DNA from: Occultella glacieicola
GTDB taxonomy: Bacteria; Actinomycetota; Actinomycetes; Actinomycetales; Beutenbergiaceae
DNA: 64,000 nt
Direction of reading: 5' to 3'
NCBI RefSeq assembly: GCF_004353825.1
Contig: NZ_SMNA01000005.1
Location: 186,001 to 250,000, forward strand
The translations under genes and the position numbers were made by a program. The notes under the pieces are model-generated. The model was not told where the DNA came from. It saw nothing but the letters and a program-made list of their open reading frames with translations, and did not search any database. Of the stretch, positions 1 to 10,351 are shown piece after piece. Numbering within the stretch: position 1 is the first letter of the stretch; each line of letters opens with the position of its first letter.

Positions 1-262
<262 letters not shown>

Positions 263-297
263 TCAGTGCGGCGGGTGCGAGGTGACGCCGGGGGGGT

Positions 298-975
298 TCA
301 GCTCCGCGGGATCCAGCGACGACCCATCTCCTCGGACGTCGGCCCCGGCCCCGGGAGGTCGGCCGCGCCGCGGCCGGTCGCCCCCGGCGGGGCGCCATCG
401 CCGGCAACTCCGTCGAACCAGATGGTCAGGTACCGGTGCCGCAACTGCCGGGTGCGCTCGTCGTCCGGCCCGAGCACCGCGGTGACCTGGTCGAAGAGCA
501 GGGTGAGGTCCTCGGCCACGAGGCCCGCTCGGAGCACTCCGGCCGTGCGGGCTGCCTCGAAGATCCGCACGCCGAGCGCGGAGGCATCGCCGGCGAGCCG
601 CCCCAGGTCCTCCGAGGGTGTGAACGTGCCCGCCAGGTTCACGGTGAGCGCGTGCACGTCCGCATCGATGATGCCGGTGACGAACTCGGTGAGGGTGGTC
701 CACGGGTCCGCGCCGGCGTCGAGGCACTCCTGCGCGATCCGCGCGAAGCGTTCGAGACCGTCCGCACAGAGCCGGCGCACCAGGTCCTCCTTGCCCTCGT
801 AGCGGTGGTACAGGGCGCTGATCCCGACCCCCGCCTCCTTCGCGACCGCCGACATGGGAGCGGCCGCGTCCCTGAGGAACACCGTGCGCGCTGCGGCCAG
901 GATCAGGCGGTCGTTGCGGGCGGCCTGGGCACGCCGGCCGCTCAACGCGGGCGTGGGGGTCTCGATCGGATCCAT
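298..975 (-). CDS. TetR/AcrR family transcriptional regulator
   Basis: N-terminal HTH ILAAARTVF...MSAVAKEAGVGISALYHRYEGKEDL; divergent from the epoxide hydrolase. Confidence 0.9.
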   Translation of the reverse strand: MDPIETPTPALSGRRAQAARNDRLILAAARTVFLRDAAAPMSAVAKEAGVGISALYHRYEGKEDLVRRLCADGLERFARIAQECLDAGADPWTTLTEFVTGIIDADVHALTVNLAGTFTPSEDLGRLAGDASALGVRIFEAARTAGVLRAGLVAEDLTLLFDQVTAVLGPDDERTRQLRHRYLTIWFDGVAGDGAPPGATGRGAADLPGPGPTSEEMGRRWIPRS

Positions 976-998
976 GGTTGCCACCCTAACGCCTTGTG

Positions 999-1048
999 CG
1001 GAACGGATCATTCCGTTACACTCGATCTCAGCGGAACAAATCGTTCCG
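999..1048. promoter_or_regulatory. Tandem palindromic TetR-type operators
   Basis: CGGAAC-ggatc-ATTCCG (999-1015) and CGGAAC-aaatc-GTTCCG (1032-1048) between the divergent tetR and hydrolase genes. Confidence 0.7.
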
Positions 1049-1070
1049 TTCCAACTTTGAGGAGAGTCCG

Positions 1071-2180
1071 ATGACCGCATCCGAGATCACCCCCGCCACG
1101 ATCGACATCCCGCAGGCGGACCTCGACGATCTGGCGGACCGACTGGCCCGGACCCGCTGGGTGGACGAGATCGAGGGCTCCGGCTCCGAGTACGGCACCA
1201 GCCTGGCCCAGGTGCGCGAGTGGGCCGAGTACTGGCGCACCTCCTTCGACTGGCGTGCGGTCGAGGCGCGGCTGAACGCCTACCCGCAGTTCACCACCGA
1301 GATCGACGGGCAGCGCATCCACTTCCTGCACGTGCGCTCTCCCCGCCCGGACGCGACCGCGCTGATCCTGACGCACGGGTGGCCGGGCTCGGTCCTGGAA
1401 TACCTGGACGTGATCGATCCGCTCGTCGCCGCCGGGTTCGACCTGGTCATCCCGTCGCTGCCCGGATTCGGCTTCTCCGGGCCCACCACCGAGCGCGGCT
1501 GGGGCGTGCACCGCACCGCCGCCGCCTGGGTGGAGCTGATGCGCCGGCTCGGCTACGAGCGGTACGGGGCGGTGGGCAACGACGCCGGCTCGATGATCTC
1601 GCCCGAGGTGGGCCGGCTCGCCCCGGAATCCGTGATCGGGGTGCACGTCACCCAGTTGTTCTCGTTCCCCTCCGGCGACCCGGCCGAGCTGGCGGACCTG
1701 ACGGCGCAGGAGCAGGCCGGCATGGAACGGCTGAGCTGGTTCTGGGAGAACATGGGCGCCTTCAACCTGATCCAGACCCAGGCCCCACAGACGCTGGCGC
1801 ACGCCCTCGCCGACTCCCCGGTCGGCCTGCTCGGCTGGAACGGGCAGCTGCTCGTGGGGCTCGACCCGGAGTTCGTGGTCGCGAACGTGGCGCTGTACTG
1901 GCTCACCGGCACCAGCGGCTCCTCGATCCGGATGTACCGGGAGATGGCCGGCGACCCCAAGCCCGAGGGGCAGACCACCGCGCCGACGGCGCTGGCCGCG
2001 GGCGCGAAGGACTTCCTCGCGATCCGTCGGTTCGCCGAGCGCGATCACGCCACGATCACGCGCTGGAACGTGTTCGACGTGCCCGGTCACTACACGGCGT
2101 ACGAGGCGCCCCAGGTGATCGTCGACGACGTCACCGCGTTCTTCGCCGACCTCGCCTCGGGGGCGGGCGGGGCCGCCTGA
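1071..2180 (+). CDS. Epoxide hydrolase (alpha/beta hydrolase with EHN N-terminal domain)
   Basis: FDWRAVEARLN, HGWPGS and PSLPGFGFS motifs; GAGGAG RBS before ATG 1071. Confidence 0.9.
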   Translation: MTASEITPATIDIPQADLDDLADRLARTRWVDEIEGSGSEYGTSLAQVREWAEYWRTSFDWRAVEARLNAYPQFTTEIDGQRIHFLHVRSPRPDATALILTHGWPGSVLEYLDVIDPLVAAGFDLVIPSLPGFGFSGPTTERGWGVHRTAAAWVELMRRLGYERYGAVGNDAGSMISPEVGRLAPESVIGVHVTQLFSFPSGDPAELADLTAQEQAGMERLSWFWENMGAFNLIQTQAPQTLAHALADSPVGLLGWNGQLLVGLDPEFVVANVALYWLTGTSGSSIRMYREMAGDPKPEGQTTAPTALAAGAKDFLAIRRFAERDHATITRWNVFDVPGHYTAYEAPQVIVDDVTAFFADLASGAGGAA

Positions 2181-2196
2181 GAGCCCACCCGAAGCC

Positions 2197-2228
2197 CGGC
2201 GGCCGCTCCCACCTGCGGGCGGCCGCCG
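2197..2228. terminator. GC-rich hairpin between convergent genes
   Basis: CGGCGGCCGC (2197-2206) pairs with GCGGCCGCCG (2219-2228). Confidence 0.4.
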
Positions 2229-2252
2229 CGGCGTCGACCGGGCGGGCCGGTG

Positions 2253-3653
2253 TCAGCCGGCCGGCGAGACCGTCTGCGCCTCGTGCGGGTACCCGGCGGC
2301 CGCCCACAGCGGTTCGTGGGCGGCCAGCCGGGGCGCGAACGTCTCCCAGTCCCGGACGACCTGGGCGGACCAGGCCACCTCCGCGACCGCCGCCAGGCGC
2401 GGCAGCAGCATGGTGAACAGGTCCTCCTCGGTGGCAAGGGTCTCGGTCCACAGGGCCGCCTCGACGCCGACGATCGCACTCGGGTCCACGCCGGGCAGGT
2501 ACTGCTCGGGGTCCCAGTCGTAGCTGTCCCGCACGCCCACGGTGCCGGCCCAGGCCAGCCCGAGCGGGTAGTCGTCGTGGTACTTCATGTCCAGGTAGAC
2601 GTGCTTGGCGGGGCTGAGGATCACACCGATACCACGCTGGGCCGCGGCCACAATCGGCGCCGGGTCGGAGTTCGTGTCCCACAACTGCACCAGGGCGCCG
2701 GCGGGCAGGTCCGCGACGGCACCCTCGCCCCACACGATCGGGGTCTTGCCCGCGGCCACCGTGAGGGCCGTGGCCGCCTCGATGAACTCGTCGTACTCGG
2801 CGCGTTCCATGGTGTGCACCTCGTCGCCGCCGACGTGCAGGTACGGGCCCGGGGTGAGCGCGGCGAGGTCGCCGATCACGTCGGTGAGGAAGCCGGCCGT
2901 GGCGGGCAGGGCGAGGGTGAACTGGGAGAAGCCCACCTCGGTGCCGGTGTACACCTCGGGTGCGACACCGTCGCGGTTGAGCTCGGGCACGGCGTGCAGG
3001 GCCGCGTTGGAGTGGCCGGGCATGTCGATCTCGCCGACCACCTCGATGCCGCGCTGCGCCGCGTACTCCACGAGGGCGGTCAGGTCCTCGGCGCTCAGGT
3101 GACCGCCCTCGGCGCCGTCGACGGCGGTATCGCTGGAGAGGCCGGTCAGCTCCGGGCGGCTGGCCGAGTGGAACCGCCAGCCCTGGTCGTCGGTGAGGTG
3201 CAGGTGCAGCACGTTCAGCTTGTAGGCGGCCATCAGGTCGATCACCCGGCGCAGGGTCGCCGGCCCGTGGAAGTGCCGGACCACGTCGATCATCAGGCCG
3301 CGCCGGGTGAACCGGGGCGCGTCCTCGATCCGCAGCGCGGGGATCGCCCCGTCGGCGAGGTTGCGCAGCTGCACGAGCGTGGCCAGCCCGCGGACCAGGC
3401 CGGCGACGCTGCCTTCGATGACCACGCGGTCAGCGTCCACGGTGAGTGTGTACGCCTCACCGGGCTGGGCACCCAGGGCGAGTTCGACGGTGTCGGCGGC
3501 ATCGCCGTCGGCGTCCAGGCCGAGGCCGAGCAGCCGTGCGGCGTAGCGCGCCACCCCCGGCGGGGCGACCAGCGCCGTGTTCTCTGTGATGACGAACCCG
3601 TTGCCGGGACGGGTCTCGAGGTGGGTGGGGGCCGGGACGAGCGGAAGGCTCAC
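2253..3653 (-). CDS. Beta-N-acetylhexosaminidase (GH20)
   Basis: RGLMIDVVRH, HLHLTDDQGWR, EIDMPGH and catalytic HVGGDE motifs. Confidence 0.92.
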   Translation of the reverse strand: MSLPLVPAPTHLETRPGNGFVITENTALVAPPGVARYAARLLGLGLDADGDAADTVELALGAQPGEAYTLTVDADRVVIEGSVAGLVRGLATLVQLRNLADGAIPALRIEDAPRFTRRGLMIDVVRHFHGPATLRRVIDLMAAYKLNVLHLHLTDDQGWRFHSASRPELTGLSSDTAVDGAEGGHLSAEDLTALVEYAAQRGIEVVGEIDMPGHSNAALHAVPELNRDGVAPEVYTGTEVGFSQFTLALPATAGFLTDVIGDLAALTPGPYLHVGGDEVHTMERAEYDEFIEAATALTVAAGKTPIVWGEGAVADLPAGALVQLWDTNSDPAPIVAAAQRGIGVILSPAKHVYLDMKYHDDYPLGLAWAGTVGVRDSYDWDPEQYLPGVDPSAIVGVEAALWTETLATEEDLFTMLLPRLAAVAEVAWSAQVVRDWETFAPRLAAHEPLWAAAGYPHEAQTVSPAG

Positions 3654-3808
3654 GCGGAACTCCTAGGCGGAACGTGTGGGGGATATGGCCCACGCTACTA
3701 GCCCGCGTAGCAACTCCTCCGATGTTCAGTTCTGTGCAGATCCGTGCGCCGGCCGACGGGAGCCTGTCACTGTGGGGGCCCAGCCCGTCACCGGCAAGGA
3801 GGTCCGTG

Positions 3809-6800
3809 GTGAGGTCGAGGTCCCTGCGTTCGGCTGTGCGCTCCGTATTGGGCGGCGTGCTCGCCGCCGCTCTGATCGGTACCGCGGCGACGGCGGTGGT
3901 GGCGCCGGCCGCCCACGCTGCCGGAGTGCCCGTGATCACGAACCCGACCTTCGCCGAGGTCGGCGCGAACGGGGTCCCCACCGGGTGGGGCACCTGGGCT
4001 CCCGCGGGTACCGCGACCGTGACGGTCGAGGCGACCGCCGGCCCTTCCGGTGGCCCGGCGGTGGCGATCACGTCGGTCTCCGGCGCCAACGCCCGGCTCG
4101 CGCTGACCCAGCGGATCGACGTCGATGCCACGATCGGTCGCGAGCTGACCCTCACCGGATGGGTTCGGGGCGACGGGCTGACCGGCGGCTTCAGCATGCT
4201 CCGGATCCAGGCCTACAACGCCGCCGGGCAGGTTGTGCTCCCGGTCAGGGCGGGCCCTTACGTCACGGGCACCTTCGACTGGCGCACCTATTCGACCGAC
4301 ATCGTCCTTCCCGAGGACGCCGCCCGGATCTCCATCGAGCCGATGCTCGACCGCGCCGGCGGCACCGTGTGGTTCGCCGACCTCAGCATCTCCGAGACCG
4401 TCGGCGGCGGCGGCCTCACCGCCTCGCCCACCGCACGCGGGCCCGTCGAGCTGACGTGGAACTTCGACGACATCGACGCCGACCGTTACGCGATCTACCG
4501 CACCGAGGGGTCCGCGCCCCCGGTCGCGTCCGCGGACACCTTCCTCAAGCGCGCGCTCGCACCCACGACCGCGGACGCCACCGCCGCACCGGGCACGACC
4601 TACAGCTACCTCGTGCAGGCGCTCGCCGTCGACGGCTCGGTGCTGGGGATCAGCCCACCGACCACGACCACGACCACGGGCACGTTCGCCGACCGCACCG
4701 TCCTCAGCCTCGTCACGGGGCTGCAGCAGGGCGATGCGACGCACGTGAGCTGGGCGATCGGCGCCGACGACCCCACCGCCGACCTGACCGTCCAGGTCGG
4801 CGGGGCCGCACCGGTGCCGGTGACCGGATACCAGGGCAGCGTCGAGGCACCCGCCGGTGAGCCGGGCGAGGACGTCGTGCTGCGCTCCGGCGGGACCGAG
4901 CTCGCTCGCGCGGTGGTCGGCGCCGAGCAGCACCCGCGGACGCTGGTCGACCCCGGCACCCTCGCGCGGATCCGGTCCGATCTCGCCGCCGGCGAGCCGA
5001 CCGTCAGCGGTGCCTGGGATGCCGTGACCGCCCGCCTCGACGGCACCGGAGCGGCCTACCCGGGCTCGGCGACCGAGCTCTACCGGGCCCGCGACGCGGC
5101 GTTCGCCTACGCCGTCACCGGTGATCACGAATACGCAGAACTGGCCTACGAAGCCGTGATGGCGGGCGCCGACTGGATCGTGGCGCGCGAGACGAACATG
5201 GGCCTCGAACTCGGCCGTGGCGCCCTCAACCTGGCTCCCGCCTACGATCTCGCCTACGCCGGCTGGACCGAGGAGCAGCGCGCCGACGTCCGCGACGTCA
5301 TGACCCGGACCACCGACCTGCTCTCGACCTACCACCACGACACGCTCGACGGCGCCGACCGCGCCTCGAACTGGGTCGCCGTCACGAACGGCACCGAGCT
5401 GGCGCTGCTGCTGGCCGCCCGTGGCGACGGCGACTTCGGGACCCACGACGAACGGATCACCTACCTGATCAACCAGGTGGCGCGGCACCTGCAGGACGGT
5501 TACACCGGGACCGGGTGGACGCAGGAAGGCTGGGACTACTTCCACTACGCCCAGCTGTACCTGTTCCCGTCGCTGTTCATGGCCCGTGACGCCGGCGTGC
5601 TCGCGCTCGACGCCCCGTTGGCGGCGGTGGACTTCTGGAACCTCGCGCTGCACGCGGTCTCCTCACGGACCGCGGGCGACGTCGTCCAGTTCGGGGTGTC
5701 CGGCCCGAACAACCAGGTCAGCGGCACCTTCCCGCTGCTGTTCCCGACCGCGCCGGCGGAGGCGCTGCCGGGGCTGGTGCACCTGTACGACGAGCTGCAG
5801 GGCGTCGATGCCGCCGACCCGCGTTTCGACGACGTGCACAGCATGTTCGCGGTGCTGTACTACCCGGCGGGCGTCAGCGACGACCCGGCGGACCTGACCG
5901 CCGAGGCGGCGCGCACGGCACTGCTCGACGACGAGGCCGGCTTCTACGCCTTCCGCTCCGACTACGCCGATGCCGACGACACCCTGATCTCGACGTCCAA
6001 CCGCAACCTGCAGCACAAGGGCTGGTCGGCGGCCGAGACGTTCGCGTTGTCGTGGATCGGCGACGACAGCACGTGGGCGCTGCAGGGCGGCAAGGTCCAG
6101 GACCCGCTGCTGTGGAGCAAGCCGCTGGTGGACGGCGAGCTGGAGCCTTACGCGAACCAGTACGAGACCGTGCGCGGCGACGGCGTCAGCCTCGAGTCGC
6201 GGTCCTTCGACGGTCAGGGCGGCGGGTACGTCCACCTCGACGGGTCGGCCAACTTCGAGGTCACGACGGCGGAGCGTGAGCAGGTCGTCGACCTCGCCCC
6301 GGGCGGTGCCGCGGACGCGATCGTCGCGATCCACGACACCTTCGGCGACGCGACGTCCCACGACTGGGACTGGCAGCTGCGACCGGAGGCCTCGGTCACG
6401 ATCGCCACCTTCCCCGAGGGCGCACCGCACGAACCGTTGTTCACCTTCACCAGCACCGACGGCGCCACGCTGTCCGGCTTCGTACCCGACCGCGACGGCC
6501 TGACGGTGCAGGTGATCGACCACACGCTCCGGCTGACCCGCACCGGCACTGCGGCCGACTTCGGGATCGTGCTGGCCACCTCGAGCGCCGGGCCGCTGAC
6601 GGCCGAGATCGTCGACGGCGACCTGCTGCTCGACGGCCGCGTCATCGACCTCGCCGACCTCGGCTCGGTCGGGAACGGGTTCCCTGCCGAACCGGACGAC
6701 GGCGCGACGCAACCCCCCGCCGTCGGCATCCTGAGCAGCGACAACGGCTGGGACACCGGCCTGCACGACGGCGACTACACGATCACGATGAACCTGTGGT

Positions 6801-7285
6801 GGGGCAGCAACGCCAGCCGGGTGCATCTGTACGAGAACGGCGAGCTGATCGCGTCGGAGCGTGTGCAGCCCGGCTCCCCCGCCGCCCAGCGGGTCACGTT
6901 CCCGATCACCGGACGCACCGACGGCAGCTACGTCTACACGGCGGAACTCGTCAACAGCGCCGGGCGGACGACGACGGCACCACTGACCGTCAGGGTCACG
7001 GACGCCGCCCCCGGCGCCCCGGTGCTCAGCCACGACAACTGGGACGGGAACGGGACCTTCACCGTGACGGCCGATCTGTGGTGGGGCACCAACGCCACCC
7101 ACTACCGGCTCTACCAGGGCTCCGACGTGGTGGCGGAGGGCGAGCTGGTCGCGGCGACACCGGCGCACCAGCGCATGACCTACGGTGCGGAGTCGCTGGC
7201 GCCGGGCACGTACACCTACCGCGTCGAGTGGATCAACGAGGCCGGCTCAACCGAGTCGGCACCACTCACCGTGAGAGTCCGCTGA
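3809..7285 (+). CDS. Large secreted multidomain carbohydrate-active protein (CBM-like N-terminus, helical lyase/heparinase-like core, two C-terminal WWG repeat domains)
   Basis: AAGGAGG RBS; signal peptide ending AAHA; NPTFAE..GVPTGW CBM4/9-like start; SNW and EGWDY core motifs; duplicated LS.DN.....G.YT.T..LWWG.NA modules. Confidence 0.6.
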   Translation: MRSRSLRSAVRSVLGGVLAAALIGTAATAVVAPAAHAAGVPVITNPTFAEVGANGVPTGWGTWAPAGTATVTVEATAGPSGGPAVAITSVSGANARLALTQRIDVDATIGRELTLTGWVRGDGLTGGFSMLRIQAYNAAGQVVLPVRAGPYVTGTFDWRTYSTDIVLPEDAARISIEPMLDRAGGTVWFADLSISETVGGGGLTASPTARGPVELTWNFDDIDADRYAIYRTEGSAPPVASADTFLKRALAPTTADATAAPGTTYSYLVQALAVDGSVLGISPPTTTTTTGTFADRTVLSLVTGLQQGDATHVSWAIGADDPTADLTVQVGGAAPVPVTGYQGSVEAPAGEPGEDVVLRSGGTELARAVVGAEQHPRTLVDPGTLARIRSDLAAGEPTVSGAWDAVTARLDGTGAAYPGSATELYRARDAAFAYAVTGDHEYAELAYEAVMAGADWIVARETNMGLELGRGALNLAPAYDLAYAGWTEEQRADVRDVMTRTTDLLSTYHHDTLDGADRASNWVAVTNGTELALLLAARGDGDFGTHDERITYLINQVARHLQDGYTGTGWTQEGWDYFHYAQLYLFPSLFMARDAGVLALDAPLAAVDFWNLALHAVSSRTAGDVVQFGVSGPNNQVSGTFPLLFPTAPAEALPGLVHLYDELQGVDAADPRFDDVHSMFAVLYYPAGVSDDPADLTAEAARTALLDDEAGFYAFRSDYADADDTLISTSNRNLQHKGWSAAETFALSWIGDDSTWALQGGKVQDPLLWSKPLVDGELEPYANQYETVRGDGVSLESRSFDGQGGGYVHLDGSANFEVTTAEREQVVDLAPGGAADAIVAIHDTFGDATSHDWDWQLRPEASVTIATFPEGAPHEPLFTFTSTDGATLSGFVPDRDGLTVQVIDHTLRLTRTGTAADFGIVLATSSAGPLTAEIVDGDLLLDGRVIDLADLGSVGNGFPAEPDDGATQPPAVGILSSDNGWDTGLHDGDYTITMNLWWGSNASRVHLYENGELIASERVQPGSPAAQRVTFPITGRTDGSYVYTAELVNSAGRTTTAPLTVRVTDAAPGAPVLSHDNWDGNGTFTVTADLWWGTNATHYRLYQGSDVVAEGELVAATPAHQRMTYGAESLAPGTYTYRVEWINEAGSTESAPLTVRVR

Positions 7286-7344
7286 GGTTCGACTCGCAGG
7301 TCACACGGACGCGCCGGCGGACCCCCGGGGCGCAGAATGTGCGC

Positions 7345-8409
7345 ATGCTCCCGGCCGATCGACGCGCCCGACTCCTGCGCGAGCTGCGGATCCACGGCAC
7401 CGTCCGCACCGAGGAATTCGCGATGGGGGTCGGCGCCTCGGGGATGACGATCCGACGCGATCTCGTCGACCTCGAACGCGCCGGGCTCCTGCACCGGGTG
7501 CACGGCGGCGCGATCGCGGCGGGTGGGACCGACGAGATGTCACGATCCAGTGCCCCGGTCGCCACGATCGGGATGGTCGTACCGGCGGCGAACTACTATT
7601 TCCCCGACGTGATCAGCGGTGCGCGCACCGCCCTCGGCGCCGCGGGCGCGCGCCTGATCCTGGCCGTCTCGGACTACTCGGCGGAGCGCGAGCGTGAACA
7701 GATCACGCGTCTGCTCTCGCGCCGCGTGGACGGCCTCCTGGTCACGCCCACGGTCCATGCGGCCGACGACCCGGCCACCTATGAACTCCTCGCAACCGCA
7801 GCACCGGCGGTCGTGGTGCTGGAACGGAGCCTGGACGACTCGCCGTGGCACGGGACGCTGGACACCGTCCGGTGCGACCACGAAGTCGGCGGTGTGCTCG
7901 CGGCCGAGCACCTGCTCGCGACCGGGTGCACGCGCCTGCTCGTCGCGGCCCGGTCCAGCGCGACCGCACCGCTGGTCCGTGCCGGGGTCACCCGGGCACT
8001 CGCCTCGGCCGGCCTGCAGGCGGAGGTGCTCGTGCTGCCGCCGGCGCAGGCACCCGCCGCCGCGTTGCAGGACGCCCTGCAGGGCGTGGTCGATCGCTGC
8101 CGCACCGGGAGCGTCGACGGCGTGATCGTGATCCCCGACGAGGTCGCCATCGGGCTCGTCGACGCCGCCGAGGACGCGGGGCTCCGGGTCCCACAGGACC
8201 TCGCCGTGGTCGCCTACGACGACGAGGTCGCCGCCCTCTGCGCCACCCCGTTGACGGCGATCGCCCCACCGCGCCGCGAGGTCGGGGACTCGGGCGCGAG
8301 GTTGTGCCTGCACCGCGTGATGTCCCGGCTGCGCGCGAGCCGTCCGGGCGCCTGGTCCCGGATCGCACTCTCGCCCGAGCTGCGGATCCGCGCCACCACC
8401 AGAGGCTGA
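7345..8409 (+). CDS. DeoR-HTH / LacI-type sugar-binding domain transcriptional regulator
   Basis: SGMTIRRDLVDLE DeoR HTH followed by a periplasmic-binding-like domain (VPQDLAVVAYDD, PLTAI). Confidence 0.85.
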   Translation: MLPADRRARLLRELRIHGTVRTEEFAMGVGASGMTIRRDLVDLERAGLLHRVHGGAIAAGGTDEMSRSSAPVATIGMVVPAANYYFPDVISGARTALGAAGARLILAVSDYSAEREREQITRLLSRRVDGLLVTPTVHAADDPATYELLATAAPAVVVLERSLDDSPWHGTLDTVRCDHEVGGVLAAEHLLATGCTRLLVAARSSATAPLVRAGVTRALASAGLQAEVLVLPPAQAPAAALQDALQGVVDRCRTGSVDGVIVIPDEVAIGLVDAAEDAGLRVPQDLAVVAYDDEVAALCATPLTAIAPPRREVGDSGARLCLHRVMSRLRASRPGAWSRIALSPELRIRATTRG

Positions 8410-8485
8410 TCTCCGAGCCTGCCGCGGTCACACCTTCGCATCGCGGATCGACGTTGATATGACTATCCGATCAAGGAGGTGCGTG

Positions 8486-9064
8486 ATGGGACTTGCCGCA
8501 ACCACCCGGCGACTCGACGCTGAGCGCGCCCGTGCACACCGTGACCTGCGCACCGCCGTGGCGCAGGCACTCCGCGACGGCATGACCCAACGGACCGCTG
8601 CCGCGCAACTGGGCCGCACCCAGGCTGAGGTCAACCGCCTCGCACGCGAGTCCCCGGCCCGCACGCCGACCGGTGAGCGGCGCCGATGGATGACCGCCCG
8701 CGACGCCCGCGAGGCCGCGACCCGCGAGCTCCGCGACGGCGACGAGGACTTCGCCCTGCGAGTGATTCTGCAAGCCCGCGATGACCTGCGCCGTCTGTCC
8801 GACCCGGACGACATCGCCGAGTGGGCAGTCACCCCGCTCCCGATCCCCGACCCACGGTTCGACGCCTTCCTCGGGGCGATGGCTGCACGCGGGCTGGCCG
8901 AGCACGACCCCTCCGCGCCAGGCTGGGCACGAACAGAACCACTACCTGAGCCTTGGTACCCGGCAGAGCTCGCCTCGCTGCGCCGCCGAGCGGACCGCGA
9001 AGCGCCAGCTGACCTGCGCCGTCTGGGGATCATGCTCACCGAGAACGACCTCGTCACGGCATGA
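8486..9064 (+). CDS. Hypothetical HTH-containing protein (antitoxin-like)
   Basis: AAGGAGG RBS; MTQRTAAAQLGRTQAEVNRL HTH; C-terminal P.W..EPLPEPW...LRRLGI motif. Confidence 0.6.
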   Translation: MGLAATTRRLDAERARAHRDLRTAVAQALRDGMTQRTAAAQLGRTQAEVNRLARESPARTPTGERRRWMTARDAREAATRELRDGDEDFALRVILQARDDLRRLSDPDDIAEWAVTPLPIPDPRFDAFLGAMAARGLAEHDPSAPGWARTEPLPEPWYPAELASLRRRADREAPADLRRLGIMLTENDLVTA

Positions 9065-9135
9065 CACCGAGGGAAGTGTTCAGCACCGCCGGCTCACGTA
9101 GTTCCGCGCGCCTAGACGAGCCTAGAGTGACCACC

Positions 9136-10170
9136 ATGAGCGAGCATCAGCAGGGCTCCTATGTGCTGCCCGGCCAGGAGTACACGCGCGACACCACCTA
9201 CATCGAGACCCGGATCACCACTGACGGCCGCGACGGCTACCCGGTCGAGGCCGGGCGGTATCGGCTCGTGGTGGCCCGGGCCTGTCCGTGGGCGAACCGG
9301 GCGATCATCGTGCGCCGCCTGCTCGGCCTCGAGGACGCGCTGTCCATGGGCATGTGCGGGCCCACCCACGATGTCCGGTCCTGGACGTTCGACCTCGATC
9401 CCGGCGGGGTGGACCCGGTGCTCGGCATCGAGCGGTTGCAGGAGGCGTACTTCAGGCGCACCCCGGACTACCCGCGCGGCATCACCGTGCCCGCGATCGT
9501 GGACATCCCGACCGGCGCGGTGGTCACGAACGACTTCGCGCAGATGACCCTGGACCTTTCCACCGAATGGTCCGCGTTCCACCGCGAGGGCGCCCCGGAC
9601 CTCTACCCCGAGCAGCTGCGGGAGGAGATCGACGAGGTCGCCCTGGCCGTCTACAAGGACGTGAACAACGGGGTGTACCGGTGCGGGTTCGCCGGGTCGC
9701 AACGCTCCTACGAGTTCGCCTTCGACCGCCTGTTCGCACGGCTGGACTGGCTCAGCGAGCGGCTCGCCGGCCAGCGCTACTTGGTGGGCGACACGATCAC
9801 CGAGGCGGACGTGCGGCTGTTCACCACCCTGGCCCGGTTCGACCCCGTCTACCACGGTCACTTCAAGACGAACCGGTCCAAGCTGTCCGAGATGCCGGTG
9901 CTGTGGGCCTACGCCCGGGACCTGTTCCAGACCCCAGGGTTCGGCGACACCATCGACTTCGCCCAGATCAAGGAGCACTACTACGTGGTGCACAAGGACG
10001 TGAACCCGAGCCGGATCGTGCCCAAGGGCCCGGACCTGGCGAACTGGCTCACACCGCACCACCGCGAGGAGCTCGGTGGCCGGCCGTTCGGCGACGGCAC
10101 CCCGCCGCCGCCCCCGCGACCGGGCGAGGTCGTCCCGGAGGGCGCGACGCCGCTACGGGTCGGCCACTGA
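9136..10170 (+). CDS. Glutathionyl-hydroquinone reductase-like GST (YqjG/ECM4 family)
   Basis: GRYRL...ACPWA, TVPAIVD, VNNGVYRCGFA and TEADVRLF motifs. Confidence 0.9.
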   Translation: MSEHQQGSYVLPGQEYTRDTTYIETRITTDGRDGYPVEAGRYRLVVARACPWANRAIIVRRLLGLEDALSMGMCGPTHDVRSWTFDLDPGGVDPVLGIERLQEAYFRRTPDYPRGITVPAIVDIPTGAVVTNDFAQMTLDLSTEWSAFHREGAPDLYPEQLREEIDEVALAVYKDVNNGVYRCGFAGSQRSYEFAFDRLFARLDWLSERLAGQRYLVGDTITEADVRLFTTLARFDPVYHGHFKTNRSKLSEMPVLWAYARDLFQTPGFGDTIDFAQIKEHYYVVHKDVNPSRIVPKGPDLANWLTPHHREELGGRPFGDGTPPPPPRPGEVVPEGATPLRVGH

Positions 10171-10351
10171 ACGCACCCTGCACAATCAGCCACGATCGCG
10201 TACAAGAGTGAACGATCGTGTCTTCGTCGTAGTCGTAGGTGGTGGCTGGGCACTGGACCGACAGCCCTGTCCTGGCGTCCTGGGTCGACCGAGTGGCCAA
10301 CAGCAGATATCCGTTCGGCCGGTACCGTCCCGTCCGCATACCCTGGCGCTC

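Noticed and set aside
10171..10351. Attenuator or leader peptide upstream of ABC-F (antibiotic-resistance type)
   Set aside because: Only a weak 8-bp inverted repeat (10191-10220) and no clear uORF with an RBS; a resistance role cannot be supported
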